A DNA stretch of 32,000 nucleotides from Geobacter sulfurreducens PCA. GTDB lineage: Bacteria > Desulfobacterota > Desulfuromonadia > Geobacterales > Geobacteraceae. Every line of letters begins with the position of its first letter. Positions within the stretch are counted from its first letter, which is position 1. The stretch covers positions 3,000,001 to 3,032,000 of the forward strand of contig NC_002939.5 of assembly GCF_000007985.2 (NCBI RefSeq). Direction: 5' to 3'. Positions 17,720 to 26,118 of the stretch are shown one piece after another. Under the pieces are notes generated by a model. That model was given only the letters and a program-made list of their open reading frames with translations, was not told where the DNA came from and did not search any database. The translations under genes and the position numbers were made by a program.

Positions 17720-18367
17720 TTACGATGCCCTGGCATAGTCCGTACGGCCGATACCGCCCGTGCCGTGGACAAACATCCGGACGAATTCCCGCACGGCCTT
17801 CTCTCGGTCCGTGGGACGGTACTGCTTGCGCAGCAGTACCTCTTCGATATTGAAAAAACAGTAGAACATGGCGTGAAACACCCGCGCACCAAGCTCGGGG
17901 TCGAAACTGCCGATGCTGCCCCGCTGCTGCAGCTCACGGAAATAGGACGCGATCACTTCGAACAGCTCGTCCAAAAACGTGTGGTACACCCCCAGCAGCT
18001 TCTCAGGCGAGCGCTGGACCTCCGCGTGCATGATCCGAAGCCAGTCCTTCAGCTGGATCAGCGTGTCCAAAAGGATGTTCGCCATGGCCGCCAGCGCATC
18101 CTCGTAGGGCATGGCGAGCGCCCGGGGCACGAAGGCGCGCAGCGACGGCAAAATGGAATAACGGGTGATCGCTTCTTCGAGAAGTTTTTCTTTGGAGGGA
18201 AAATGGCGGAAGAGCGTCACCTCCGCGATGCCCGCCTGTCGGGCGATCTCGCGGGTCGTGGCTCCCAGGTACCCCTTGGTCGAGAACAGACCGAGGGCCG
18301 TTTCGAGGATCCGCTCCCTGGTTGCATTGAATGAGTCAAACGGCTTGTCGCCTTTGACAACTCCCAT
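17720..18367 (-). CDS. orfR: TetR-family transcriptional regulator OrfR
   Basis: 215 aa. ATG at 18367 with GGGAGGGG upstream. TetR HTH. Identical to OrfS except for the first 17 residues. Confidence 0.9.
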   Translation of the reverse strand: MGVVKGDKPFDSFNATRERILETALGLFSTKGYLGATTREIARQAGIAEVTLFRHFPSKEKLLEEAITRYSILPSLRAFVPRALAMPYEDALAAMANILLDTLIQLKDWLRIMHAEVQRSPEKLLGVYHTFLDELFEVIASYFRELQQRGSIGSFDPELGARVFHAMFYCFFNIEEVLLRKQYRPTDREKAVREFVRMFVHGTGGIGRTDYARAS

Positions 18368-18389
18368 TGCCCCTCCCGGTGGGCTGACT

Positions 18390-18409
18390 ATGTAAGCGCT
18401 TGCTTACAT
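18390..18409. promoter_or_regulatory. Inverted repeat ATGTAAGC-GCTT-GCTTACAT, candidate TetR-type operator upstream of orfR
   Basis: Perfect 8-bp arms with a 4-nt spacer, 23-42 bp upstream of the orfR ATG. I did not see a counterpart upstream of orfS. Confidence 0.4.
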
Positions 18410-18495
18410 TTCCGGGCCAAAAAAAAATCTTCAGATCAAGGTTTCTGCACTAATGAGCAAAAGGCGGGCCAATTCCATACCGGGACAATCAACTA

Positions 18496-18774
18496 CTAGA
18501 AGTTGATATCGGTTGGCGTGGCGACAACTTTAAACATTTCTGCTATTGGGAAATAAAGCGCTGAAACTGCGAAGAAACAAAGAATGGTCATTGCCGAAGA
18601 CAAACCGTCACAGAACAACGCCATCCCGCCCTGCCCAAAAACGGCAAAGTCAAAATATTGGCTCAACATTCTGTCAAATGGCGAATTGACGAAGGTGGTG
18701 CCCAAAACCGACACCCCGAAAGGGGCCACAAAGAGTAGACAGGGGGGAGATGGGATGAGAAGCGAAGCCGGCAC
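18496..18774 (-). CDS. Doubtful small hydrophobic ORF (92 aa)
   Basis: AT-rich ORF with hydrophobic stretches. The start is a GTG inside the terminator hairpin, there is no SD, and no family is recognised. Confidence 0.2.
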   Translation of the reverse strand: MPASLLIPSPPCLLFVAPFGVSVLGTTFVNSPFDRMLSQYFDFAVFGQGGMALFCDGLSSAMTILCFFAVSALYFPIAEMFKVVATPTDINF

Positions 18775-18794
18775 GGACGGGCCGGCTTCGCTTC
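18759..18794 (-). terminator. Strong hairpin (14-bp perfect stem GAAGCGAAGCCGGC / GCCGGCTTCGCTTC, 8-nt loop) after the cytochrome c operon
   Basis: Begins 10 nt downstream of the stop of the 142-aa gene. There is no clean U-tract, so terminator function is inferred from position and stem strength. Confidence 0.45.
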
Positions 18795-18803
18795 CGTTGC
18801 CAG

Positions 18804-19232
18804 CTACTGACAGACGGCTTCCTGCAGAAGCCCCAGGCGGGTGAACTCGTCGATCGCCTCCCAGTCGGTCTTGCCCGAGAGGTTGTACTCCCTGATGGGC
18901 TCCGCCTTGTCGTCAAAGTGGATGACCTTTTCCAGGCGGGATTTTGCAGCCTTGCAGTCGATGGTGTAGAGGAAGTGGGTGTGGCTCAGGTCCTTGAACG
19001 CCGGAGGGTTTCCCATGGTGTCGAGGGCATCGGCTTTGCCCTCCTCGGAATAGATGGCCCTGGTCCACACGGAGACCATCCCCTCCTTGTCCCGGCTCAC
19101 GGACGAGGAATCATAATAAAAATTGGAGAGCATAGGGTCCTCGTCGAGCACCACCCATTCGGCGGCCAGCACGCTTCCCGCCGTCAACGCGAGGATAGCG
19201 ACGGCCGAAAGCAGACGTACCACTATCGTCAT
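18804..19232 (-). CDS. Secreted protein, possibly of the surface-adhesin-E-like family
   Basis: 142 aa. ATG with GGGAGAAAGGA upstream. Signal peptide (…AGSVLA/AEW). The pattern FYYDSSSV ... VSVW ... LYTIDC ... AVC resembles my memory of the protein-E/adhesin-E fold family. Starts 33 bp after the cytochrome gene. Confidence 0.7.
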   Translation of the reverse strand: MTIVVRLLSAVAILALTAGSVLAAEWVVLDEDPMLSNFYYDSSSVSRDKEGMVSVWTRAIYSEEGKADALDTMGNPPAFKDLSHTHFLYTIDCKAAKSRLEKVIHFDDKAEPIREYNLSGKTDWEAIDEFTRLGLLQEAVCQ

Positions 19233-19265
19233 GACAGAATCCTTTCTCCCGGAGGCGGCTCCGGA

Positions 19266-19601
19266 TTACTTGAAGGTCTTGAGGATATACTCGGCAACGA
19301 GCTTGGCATCCTTGTCCGGGATCGCCTTGGCGTCGAAGGTACTCATTCCCGGCCCCGGATTCCGCATGGTCTTGACGATATCCTTCCAGGACGTGATCTT
19401 GTTGGCCTTCAGGGACTCTTTGCCGAGGGGCTTCTGGGGGTTCACGATGTTGCCCCCCTCGGGGTGGCACACGGCACAGTGCTGCTTGAACAGCTCTTCG
19501 CCGCGCTTCAGGTCCTTGTCCCCCTTGCCTTTGGCGGATGCCACGCCGAACGACAGACCAACCGCCACCACGGCGGCAACTACTGCGATGGAATGTTTCA
19601 T
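19266..19601 (-). CDS. Monoheme class-I c-type cytochrome (c553/c6-like)
   Basis: 111 aa. Signal peptide. Single CAVCH motif and a distal GPGM Met-ligand motif. GAGG SD 7 nt upstream. Confidence 0.85.
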   Translation of the reverse strand: MKHSIAVVAAVVAVGLSFGVASAKGKGDKDLKRGEELFKQHCAVCHPEGGNIVNPQKPLGKESLKANKITSWKDIVKTMRNPGPGMSTFDAKAIPDKDAKLVAEYILKTFK

Positions 19602-19673
19602 GTCGATACCTCGTTGTCGGTGAATTTATGCCCCCCGCGACGCCGTGCGGGAAATGCATCCGAATATTTGAAA

Positions 19674-19701
19674 ATGATAGATTGCCCGCGCCTGTTGTCA
19701 A
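19674..19701 (-). promoter_or_regulatory. Candidate sigma-70 promoter (TTGACA-N16-TATCAT) for the cytochrome c operon
   Basis: Read on the minus strand, about 70-100 nt upstream of the ATG at 19601 and just downstream of the MFS gene stop. Confidence 0.4.
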
Positions 19702-19714
19702 GCGGGGTGCTCGG

Positions 19715-20896
19715 TCAGGAGCTCCGCGGGCTCTGCGCCTCCGGCGGGTCCTCCCTCACCAGGACGAGCAGCAGGATTGACGCCAGGGCTGCCAGCGCCG
19801 CGCCGAACAGAAATGCCGCTCCCTGCCCGGCCCTCTCCCAGATCAACCCGAAGAGCACGCTGGCCGGCAGCGCCCCGACGCCCACGGCGAAATGGTACCA
19901 GCCAAAGGCGCCGCCCCGGGCCTCGGCGGGGACGAGATCGGCGACGAACGCCTTTTCGGTCCCTTCGGTCATCCCGTAGAAGGTGCCGTAGACGGCGAAG
20001 AGCAGCCAGCAGGCCGGCTCGGATGCGGCAGCGGCAAACCCCAGGTACGACAGGGCGTAGACTGCCCAGCCGGCAACGATGACCCGCCGACGGCCGATCC
20101 GGTCCGACAGGGCGCCGAAGGGAGTGGACGCCAGCATCTTCACCAGGTGAAAAAAGGCCCACAGCAGCGGGATGCGCGCCGGCGAAACCCCGAGCTGGCT
20201 CGCCCGCAGCAGCAGGAAGGCGTCGGAGGAATTGCCCAGCGTGAACAGGACGAGGACGGCCAGGTACCGGCGGAGCCCATCCCTGGGTATCGCCCCCAGA
20301 ACGCTTCCGTCGCTGGTTCGCTTCCGCTCCACGTCGCGGACCCGCAAAATGATGAGAAGTACGGCCAGAAGCCCTGGTACGGCCGAGAGCCAGAACACGG
20401 TCCGCAGGTCCAGGGCGGCGCCGGCCAGGAGCAGGGTGGCGAGCAGGGGGCCCACGAGGGCTCCGGCGTGATCCATGGCCCGGTGAAAGCCATAGGCCTT
20501 CCCCCGGACCGAGGGATCGGAAGAGTCGGCGATGAGAGCATCCCGGGGGGAGGTCCGCACCCCCTTCCCCACCCGGTCGGCGAAGCGGATGGCCAGTACC
20601 GCGACCGGGCCCGTTGCCGCAGCCACCAGGGGACGTGCCAGGCTCGACAGGGCGTACCCCCCCAGAACCAGCCCCTTGCGGCTTCTGGTCCGGTCGGACA
20701 CGATGCCGGAGACGAGCTTCAGCAGCGCCGCGGTCGATTCGGCCACTCCTTCGATCACGCCGAGAAACGCAGGGCCGGCACCGAGCACAGTCGTCAGGAA
20801 GAGGGGGAGTAGCGGATAGATCATCTCACTGGAGACATCGGTCAGGAAGCTGACCACCCCCAGGATGAGCACGTTGCCGGAGATGCCTGAAAACAT
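19715..20896 (-). CDS. MFS transporter
   Basis: 393 aa with about 12 hydrophobic segments. MFS-type loop motifs (SDRTRSRKG, SDRIGRRR). Confidence 0.85.
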   Translation of the reverse strand: MFSGISGNVLILGVVSFLTDVSSEMIYPLLPLFLTTVLGAGPAFLGVIEGVAESTAALLKLVSGIVSDRTRSRKGLVLGGYALSSLARPLVAAATGPVAVLAIRFADRVGKGVRTSPRDALIADSSDPSVRGKAYGFHRAMDHAGALVGPLLATLLLAGAALDLRTVFWLSAVPGLLAVLLIILRVRDVERKRTSDGSVLGAIPRDGLRRYLAVLVLFTLGNSSDAFLLLRASQLGVSPARIPLLWAFFHLVKMLASTPFGALSDRIGRRRVIVAGWAVYALSYLGFAAAASEPACWLLFAVYGTFYGMTEGTEKAFVADLVPAEARGGAFGWYHFAVGVGALPASVLFGLIWERAGQGAAFLFGAALAALASILLLVLVREDPPEAQSPRSS

Positions 20897-20917
20897 GAAA
20901 CGCCCCGAAATTGAAGA

Positions 20918-22405
20918 TTAGAACTTGCCCGCCGCCGGCACGGCCCGCTTGAAGGCCCACGCCTCGATCTTCTTGATCTGTTCGGCCATGGTGACCGAGA
21001 GCGGCACGGTGCGGCTCACGGCGACGATGACGTCCTGCTGGGTCAGGGTGCGCCGGTCCGCCCGGGCCTCAAAGGCGGCGGAGAGCACCGCCTGTTCGAT
21101 CTCGGCACCGGAGAACCCCTTGGTGGAGCCGGCCAGGAGCGGCACGTCGAACCGCGCACTATCCGCCTTCTGCCGCTCCAGGTGAATGCGGAAGATATCC
21201 TCCCGGGCGCCGGCGTCCGGGAGCCCCACGTAGAAGACCTCGTCAAAGCGCCCCTTGCGGATGATCTCGGCCGGCAGCATTTCGATGGCATTGGCCGTGG
21301 CCGCCACGAAGACCGGCGCTTTCTTCTCCTGCATCCAGGTGAGGAACGATCCCAGCAGCCGCGATGCCGGCCCCCCCTCGGCCTTGAACCCCTGCACGGA
21401 GATCCCCGACTCGATCTCGTCGATCCAGAGCACGCAGGGGGCAACGGCCTCGGCGGTGCGAAATGCCTTGCGCAGGCTCGATTCAGGGGTACCGAAACTG
21501 CCGTCGTAGACCGCTGCCATGTCGAGGCGTATGAGCGGCAGCCGCCACCGGGCCGCAATGGCCTTCACGAACAGGGACTTACCGCAGCCGGCAATCCCCA
21601 TCATGAGAATCCCCTTGGGGAGAGCCGCTCCCGAGGCGATGCTCTCCAGGCCGAAGGCCTGCTCGCGCCGCTCCATCCAGGCCTTCAGGTTCTCCATCCC
21701 CCCCACCTGCTCTGGAGCGGTATCGTTGGCCACGAACTCCATGATGCCACTACGGCGGATCACGGCCTGCTTGGTCTCGAACAGGGAGCGCACCATCTCG
21801 TGACCAGCCGCCTCCGGGACGTTCCGCAAGGCCCGCACGCCCCGCTCGATGTCGACGAGGTCGAGCCCCTGGGCCGCCACCACCAGGTGATCCATAAGCC
21901 CGGGATGGCCGGCGCAAGCCGCGGCCAGCACCGGCTCGCGCTCCTTGAGCTGCCCCAGAAACGCGGTGATCTCCCCTATTCCCGGCAGGCCCTGGCCGAG
22001 CACGACGATATCCTCCCGCAGCTCCGCCGGCACCGACTCGTCCCTGGCCAGGACCACGGCCGCCTTCCCCCGGGCGCGGACGGCGAATTCCTTCAGCTTG
22101 CGGATGACGTAGGGATTGTCGCTCCAGAACCAGGAAAGGTCCTTGAACAGGGTCATCAGCGGTGCCGGGTGGGCCAAGGCATGATCCAGGGCCGCCACGG
22201 GGTCCACGGTGCCGGGCACCACCGTGCCGTCGCGGGTGAAGCCGTCGGTGCAGGTCCAGACCAGCGGCGAACCCGCCCCCTTGAGCCGGGCTGTCGCCTG
22301 CCCCACGATGGCCTCGGTGCGCCGCTCGTTGTCGGTCACCACGCACACCAGATTTGCCCCTGCCCCCATGAGCCGCACGAGCCCCTGCACGGTCAGCTGT
22401 TCCAT
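20918..22405 (-). CDS. AAA+ ATPase (single classical AAA module with a ~230-aa N-terminal domain; possibly Ycf46-like)
   Basis: 495 aa. Walker A GIAGCGKS, Walker B VLWIDEIE, second region of homology [20 protein letters not shown]. Its stop is 21 nt before the MFS start. Confidence 0.9.
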   Translation of the reverse strand: MEQLTVQGLVRLMGAGANLVCVVTDNERRTEAIVGQATARLKGAGSPLVWTCTDGFTRDGTVVPGTVDPVAALDHALAHPAPLMTLFKDLSWFWSDNPYVIRKLKEFAVRARGKAAVVLARDESVPAELREDIVVLGQGLPGIGEITAFLGQLKEREPVLAAACAGHPGLMDHLVVAAQGLDLVDIERGVRALRNVPEAAGHEMVRSLFETKQAVIRRSGIMEFVANDTAPEQVGGMENLKAWMERREQAFGLESIASGAALPKGILMMGIAGCGKSLFVKAIAARWRLPLIRLDMAAVYDGSFGTPESSLRKAFRTAEAVAPCVLWIDEIESGISVQGFKAEGGPASRLLGSFLTWMQEKKAPVFVAATANAIEMLPAEIIRKGRFDEVFYVGLPDAGAREDIFRIHLERQKADSARFDVPLLAGSTKGFSGAEIEQAVLSAAFEARADRRTLTQQDVIVAVSRTVPLSVTMAEQIKKIEAWAFKRAVPAAGKF

Positions 22406-22629
22406 GTGCCCTCCCCGCAGCCGCGCGCGTCAGGACGGCAGCGGCCATTCAAGTGTACCGTACCATACCGCCCCGTAAATGATTTCTCAAGTCCGGCGAA
22501 AAGTGTCCGATACGTTCAATACGAGGCAGTATGCCAGGGAGCAGGACAGGGTTTCGGCAGGCCCGGACGGGCGGCGGGAACGGAACGGCGCGGCAAGGAG
22601 CCGCACCCCAGGGACGAAAGGAGTCAGGG

Positions 22630-23709
22630 ATGGTCATTACGGGATCGGACATCACCATGGGCAGCCGCCACGTATCCATCGAGCGATACGAGCGAAAGGA
22701 GTCGCTGAAGATGTGGATCGGCGACGAGCGGCCGGATTTCGAAGGGGAGGAACGGGGGATCGGCCTTGGCCCGGACCGGGTCGATCTGTCGGAACGAAGC
22801 AGGGCGGCGGAGGCGCATGCCCGCAACGCGGAGAAGAAGCAGGCCGCGGAAGATACCGAAGAAGCAGGGTGCGGCTGTGCCGAGGACAACCTGGAGCCCC
22901 GCCTGCGACTGCTGAAAGACCTGATCGAACAATTGACCGGCCGCTCGATCAGGGTCTTCGACATGGAAGAGGCGAAAAAGGCCGCCGACACGGCCGACGG
23001 GGAAGGAGCCGCCGCGGGCGGCGAGGACGGAGGGGCAGGCTTCGGCATCGAGTACGATTTCTACGAATCACGCTACGAATTCGAAAGCACCGCCTTTGCT
23101 GCGTCGGGGGTGATCCGGACCGCCGATGGGCAGGAAATCCGCTTCGACCTGGGAATGCTCATGGAGCGCGAGCACTTCAGCGAAACAAGCGTGAGCCTGA
23201 GAGCAGGCGATGCGGTGAAAAAGGATCCCCTGGTCATCAATTTCAACGGCACGGCAGCGGAACTGACCGATCTCCGCTTCTCCTTCGACCTGGATGCGGA
23301 CGGCACCGCGGACCGGATCGCCTCGCTGGGCTCCGGCAGCGGCTACCTGGCCCTGGACCGCAATGGCGACGGCGTCGTGAACAACGGGAGCGAACTCTTC
23401 GGCCCCGCCACCGGCGAGGGATTCGCCGAATTGGCCGCCTACGACGATGACGGCAACGGCTGGATCGACGAGCGGGACGCCGTCTTCAGTCAACTCAAGG
23501 TATGGACCGGCGCATCCGCCACGTCAGCCGGCACCCTGACCGGTCTGGGCCAGGCCGGGATCGGGGCCATCTATCTCGGTAACCAATCGACCCCGTTCGA
23601 CCTGAAAGACGGCGACAACCAACTCCTCGGCTCAGTACGAAGCACCGGTATTTTCGTGGGCGAGAAGGGATCCGTCGGCACCGTGCAGCAGATCGACCTG
23701 GCGGTGTAG
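22630..23709 (+). CDS. Hypothetical protein with an acidic N-terminal half and three DxDxDG-type calcium-binding motifs
   Basis: Internal ATG at 22630 with AAGGAG 7 nt upstream. No signal peptide. Motifs DLDADGTAD, DRNGDGVVNNGSELFG and DDDGNGWIDERDAVFSQLKVW. Confidence 0.65.
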   Translation: MVITGSDITMGSRHVSIERYERKESLKMWIGDERPDFEGEERGIGLGPDRVDLSERSRAAEAHARNAEKKQAAEDTEEAGCGCAEDNLEPRLRLLKDLIEQLTGRSIRVFDMEEAKKAADTADGEGAAAGGEDGGAGFGIEYDFYESRYEFESTAFAASGVIRTADGQEIRFDLGMLMEREHFSETSVSLRAGDAVKKDPLVINFNGTAAELTDLRFSFDLDADGTADRIASLGSGSGYLALDRNGDGVVNNGSELFGPATGEGFAELAAYDDDGNGWIDERDAVFSQLKVWTGASATSAGTLTGLGQAGIGAIYLGNQSTPFDLKDGDNQLLGSVRSTGIFVGEKGSVGTVQQIDLAV

Positions 23710-23730
23710 CCTGCTCCGACCCCACGCACG

Positions 23731-23772
23731 AGGGGCGCCGCTCCCGGGAGGGCGGCGCCCCTTCTCTTTTCT
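23731..23772 (+). terminator. Rho-independent terminator
   Basis: AGGGGCGCCGC-(loop)-GCGGCGCCCCT followed by TCTCTTTTCT, 22 nt after the stop at 23709. Confidence 0.6.
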
Positions 23773-23792
23773 GCCGGACCGGACCGCCGGCT

Positions 23793-23981
23793 TCAGAGGC
23801 CGGTCATCTCCTCAACCTTCAGTTCCACGTCGTCCATGTTGAGCCGGACCACCTTGCCCTTTTCTTCCTCGGCCCGGACGAGCCCGTCTTCCACCCATCC
23901 CAGGAGCTTCGCCCGCTCCACGCCGAACTTCGCTACGGCCTCTTCCACCGTGCACCATGCTTTGATTGTCTCGATGGTCAT
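23793..23981 (-). CDS. Small helix-turn-helix (MerR/excisionase-like) protein
   Basis: 62 aa. GGGAGG SD. TVEEAVAKFGVERAKLLGWVEDGLV resembles a short winged-HTH. Confidence 0.5.
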   Translation of the reverse strand: MTIETIKAWCTVEEAVAKFGVERAKLLGWVEDGLVRAEEEKGKVVRLNMDDVELKVEEMTGL

Positions 23982-24121
23982 GGCAAACCTCCCTTCCAGG
24001 CATCGTCCTCTTAGTTAGAGTATACCACCGGATTGGCCATTCTTACCCCCTTGACCTGACGACCGGAAATCATTAGCCTTCGTGCTGGGCGATCATGGAG
24101 CCCGCAACCAGGAGGTCCGTC

Positions 24122-24640
24122 ATGCCGGTCTACGAATTCTACTGTGCCGACTGCCATACCATTTTCAACTTCCTTGCCCGGCGGGTGAACACCACCGCAA
24201 GCCCGGCCTGTCCCCGGTGCGGCCGGCCGGGGCTCGACCGCCGGGTATCGCGCTTCGCCATAACCCGGAACCGGCCGGACGAGCCCCTGGACGGGATGCC
24301 CGACCTGGACGATGAACAGTTGGAACGGGCCATGAGGAGCCTTGCCGGCGAAATGGAGGGGCTGAACGAGGATGATCCGCGCCAGGTGGCCCGCCTCATG
24401 CGGAAGCTCCAGGAGGCCACGGGCATGAACCTGGGCCCGGCATTCGATGAGGCCATGCGGCGCCTGGAGGCGGGCGAAGACCCGGAGGCACTGGAAGAGG
24501 AGATGGGCGATCTCTTCGACGCGGAGAATCCCTTCTCCAGGGAAGGGATCAAGGGGCTGAAGCGGCGGCTTTCCCCGCCGGAGCACGATGATACCCTCTA
24601 CCGCCTCCCCGTGGGCGATGAGGAGGCAGGCACCCCATGA
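24122..24640 (+). CDS. FmdB-family zinc-ribbon protein
   Basis: Internal ATG at 24122 with AGGAGG upstream. MPVYEFYCADCHTIFNF...CPRCG is the FmdB-type CxxC...CPxCG ribbon. Acidic C-terminal tail. Confidence 0.75.
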   Translation: MPVYEFYCADCHTIFNFLARRVNTTASPACPRCGRPGLDRRVSRFAITRNRPDEPLDGMPDLDDEQLERAMRSLAGEMEGLNEDDPRQVARLMRKLQEATGMNLGPAFDEAMRRLEAGEDPEALEEEMGDLFDAENPFSREGIKGLKRRLSPPEHDDTLYRLPVGDEEAGTP

Positions 24641-25596
24641 CAGACACCGGTCTGCCGCCCCTTCCCGTCCCGTTCCTGGCACTCATGGAGGAAGTGCTCC
24701 CTCCGGACCTGCGCGACGCATGCCTGGCCAGCTTCAGCCAGGAGAAGCCCACCTCGCTGCGTCTCAACCCCCTGAAGGGCGACCCGGACGAGACCCGTCG
24801 GGAGCTGGAAAGCGCCGGATTCGACCCGGTGCCGGTATCCTGGTATCCCCTGGCTTTCACCGTTGACGGCGAGAGGCGCCGCGCCCTGACCGAGTCGCCC
24901 CCCTTCCGGGAGGGGCGTATTTACATCCAGAGCCTCTCCAGCATGACCGCGCCCCTGGCCCTCGCGCCCGAGCCGGGGGAGACGGTGCTTGACCTGGCTG
25001 CCGCTCCCGGCGGCAAAACTGCCATGATGGCCGCCATGATGGAAAACCGGGGACGCCTGTCGGCCGTGGAGGCGGTGCGAGGGCGCTTCTTCCGGATGAA
25101 GGCGAACCTGGACCATCAGGGGGCCACCATGGTGCGGACCTACCTGACCGATGGCCGGAGCGTGGGACGCAAGTGCCCGGAGATGTTCGACCGGGTGCTG
25201 CTGGACGCGCCCTGTTCCTCCGAGGCCCGCTTCACGCGCCTGAACCCGGAGAGCTGGGCCCACTGGAGCCCCCGCAAGGTGGAGGAAGCGGCCCGCAAGC
25301 AACGGGGGCTCATCCGCTCGGCCCTGGAGGCCCTGCGTCCGGGCGGACTGCTGCTTTACTGCACCTGCTCCTTCTCGCCGGAGGAGAACGAACTGATCGT
25401 CAACGATGTCCTGCGCCGGGATGGGGACAACCTCCGGGTCTGTGCCGTGGACCTGCCCCTGCCGAACCGCCGGCCGGGCCTCACCCGCTGGAAGGGGAAG
25501 GAGCTCCATCCCGACCTGGCGCGGGCGGTCCGTATCCTCCCCGACCGGCTGATGGACGGCTTTTTCCTCTGCCTCATCCGCAAATCGTCTGATTGA
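24637..25596 (+). CDS. RsmB/NOP2/Sun-family SAM-dependent RNA (m5C) methyltransferase
   Basis: 319 aa. ATGA overlap with the upstream gene. SAM motif LDLAAAPGGKT and catalytic Cys motifs DRVLLDAPCS and LLYCTCS. Confidence 0.85.
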   Translation: MTDTGLPPLPVPFLALMEEVLPPDLRDACLASFSQEKPTSLRLNPLKGDPDETRRELESAGFDPVPVSWYPLAFTVDGERRRALTESPPFREGRIYIQSLSSMTAPLALAPEPGETVLDLAAAPGGKTAMMAAMMENRGRLSAVEAVRGRFFRMKANLDHQGATMVRTYLTDGRSVGRKCPEMFDRVLLDAPCSSEARFTRLNPESWAHWSPRKVEEAARKQRGLIRSALEALRPGGLLLYCTCSFSPEENELIVNDVLRRDGDNLRVCAVDLPLPNRRPGLTRWKGKELHPDLARAVRILPDRLMDGFFLCLIRKSSD

Positions 25597-25669
25597 TGAA
25601 CCCGTCTTCGGCGGGGACGCTCGTGGGTAGGAGTGATGAACTGCCCGGGCGGGCAGTGCAAACAAGGGA

Positions 25670-26041
25670 TCATTCGCTGCCTGCCAGAAGTTCGAGATGC
25701 CTGGTCACTTCTTCGGGCCGGCAGGCAATGACAGGCCCCGCCATTTCGGCAGCACTGGGGTCAGCGTCGGACACCAGGAGGATGGGGAGCGCGGCCCCTG
25801 AGCGATCCAGCCGACCCACAAGCCATGCCCCGTCCGGAGCACAGGTCAGGGAACCGAGCACCAGGGCGAAGAACCGCTCCGGCGCCCCCTGCCGCTTGAC
25901 CACCCAGTCGAGGGCCTCGTAGGAAGTCCGTACCGGCGTCACCCGGTAGCCGGCAAGCCTCAGCACGAAACCGAGGCTCTTCCGCTTTTCTCCGTCGCAT
26001 TCCACCAGAAGGATCCGCCTGCCACCGCTCTCTCCCGTCAT
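25670..26041 (-). CDS. Stand-alone receiver-like domain, apparently lacking the phospho-acceptor Asp
   Basis: 123 aa. GGAGG SD. CheY-like layout (RILLVECD ... FFALVLGSL ... LPILLVSD ... ACRP). In my hand alignment Gly occupies the phospho-Asp position. Confidence 0.65.
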   Translation of the reverse strand: MTGESGGRRILLVECDGEKRKSLGFVLRLAGYRVTPVRTSYEALDWVVKRQGAPERFFALVLGSLTCAPDGAWLVGRLDRSGAALPILLVSDADPSAAEMAGPVIACRPEEVTRHLELLAGSE

Positions 26042-26118
26042 GACTCCTCCATTGCTGCTCCCCCTGATACCCGAGGGGGGATACCCCCCCCGGACTGCCT
26101 CATGTCGCTGCCCTTCTT

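Larger units (their letters stand above)
13299..18316. repeat. Copy 2 of the tandem segmental duplication (terminator-omcB-omaB-ombB-orfR)
   Basis: Colinear with 7762..12849 (see copy 1). Confidence 0.9.
15485..18316. repeat. Near-identical core of the duplication, copy 2
   Basis: See 10018..12849. Confidence 0.9.
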
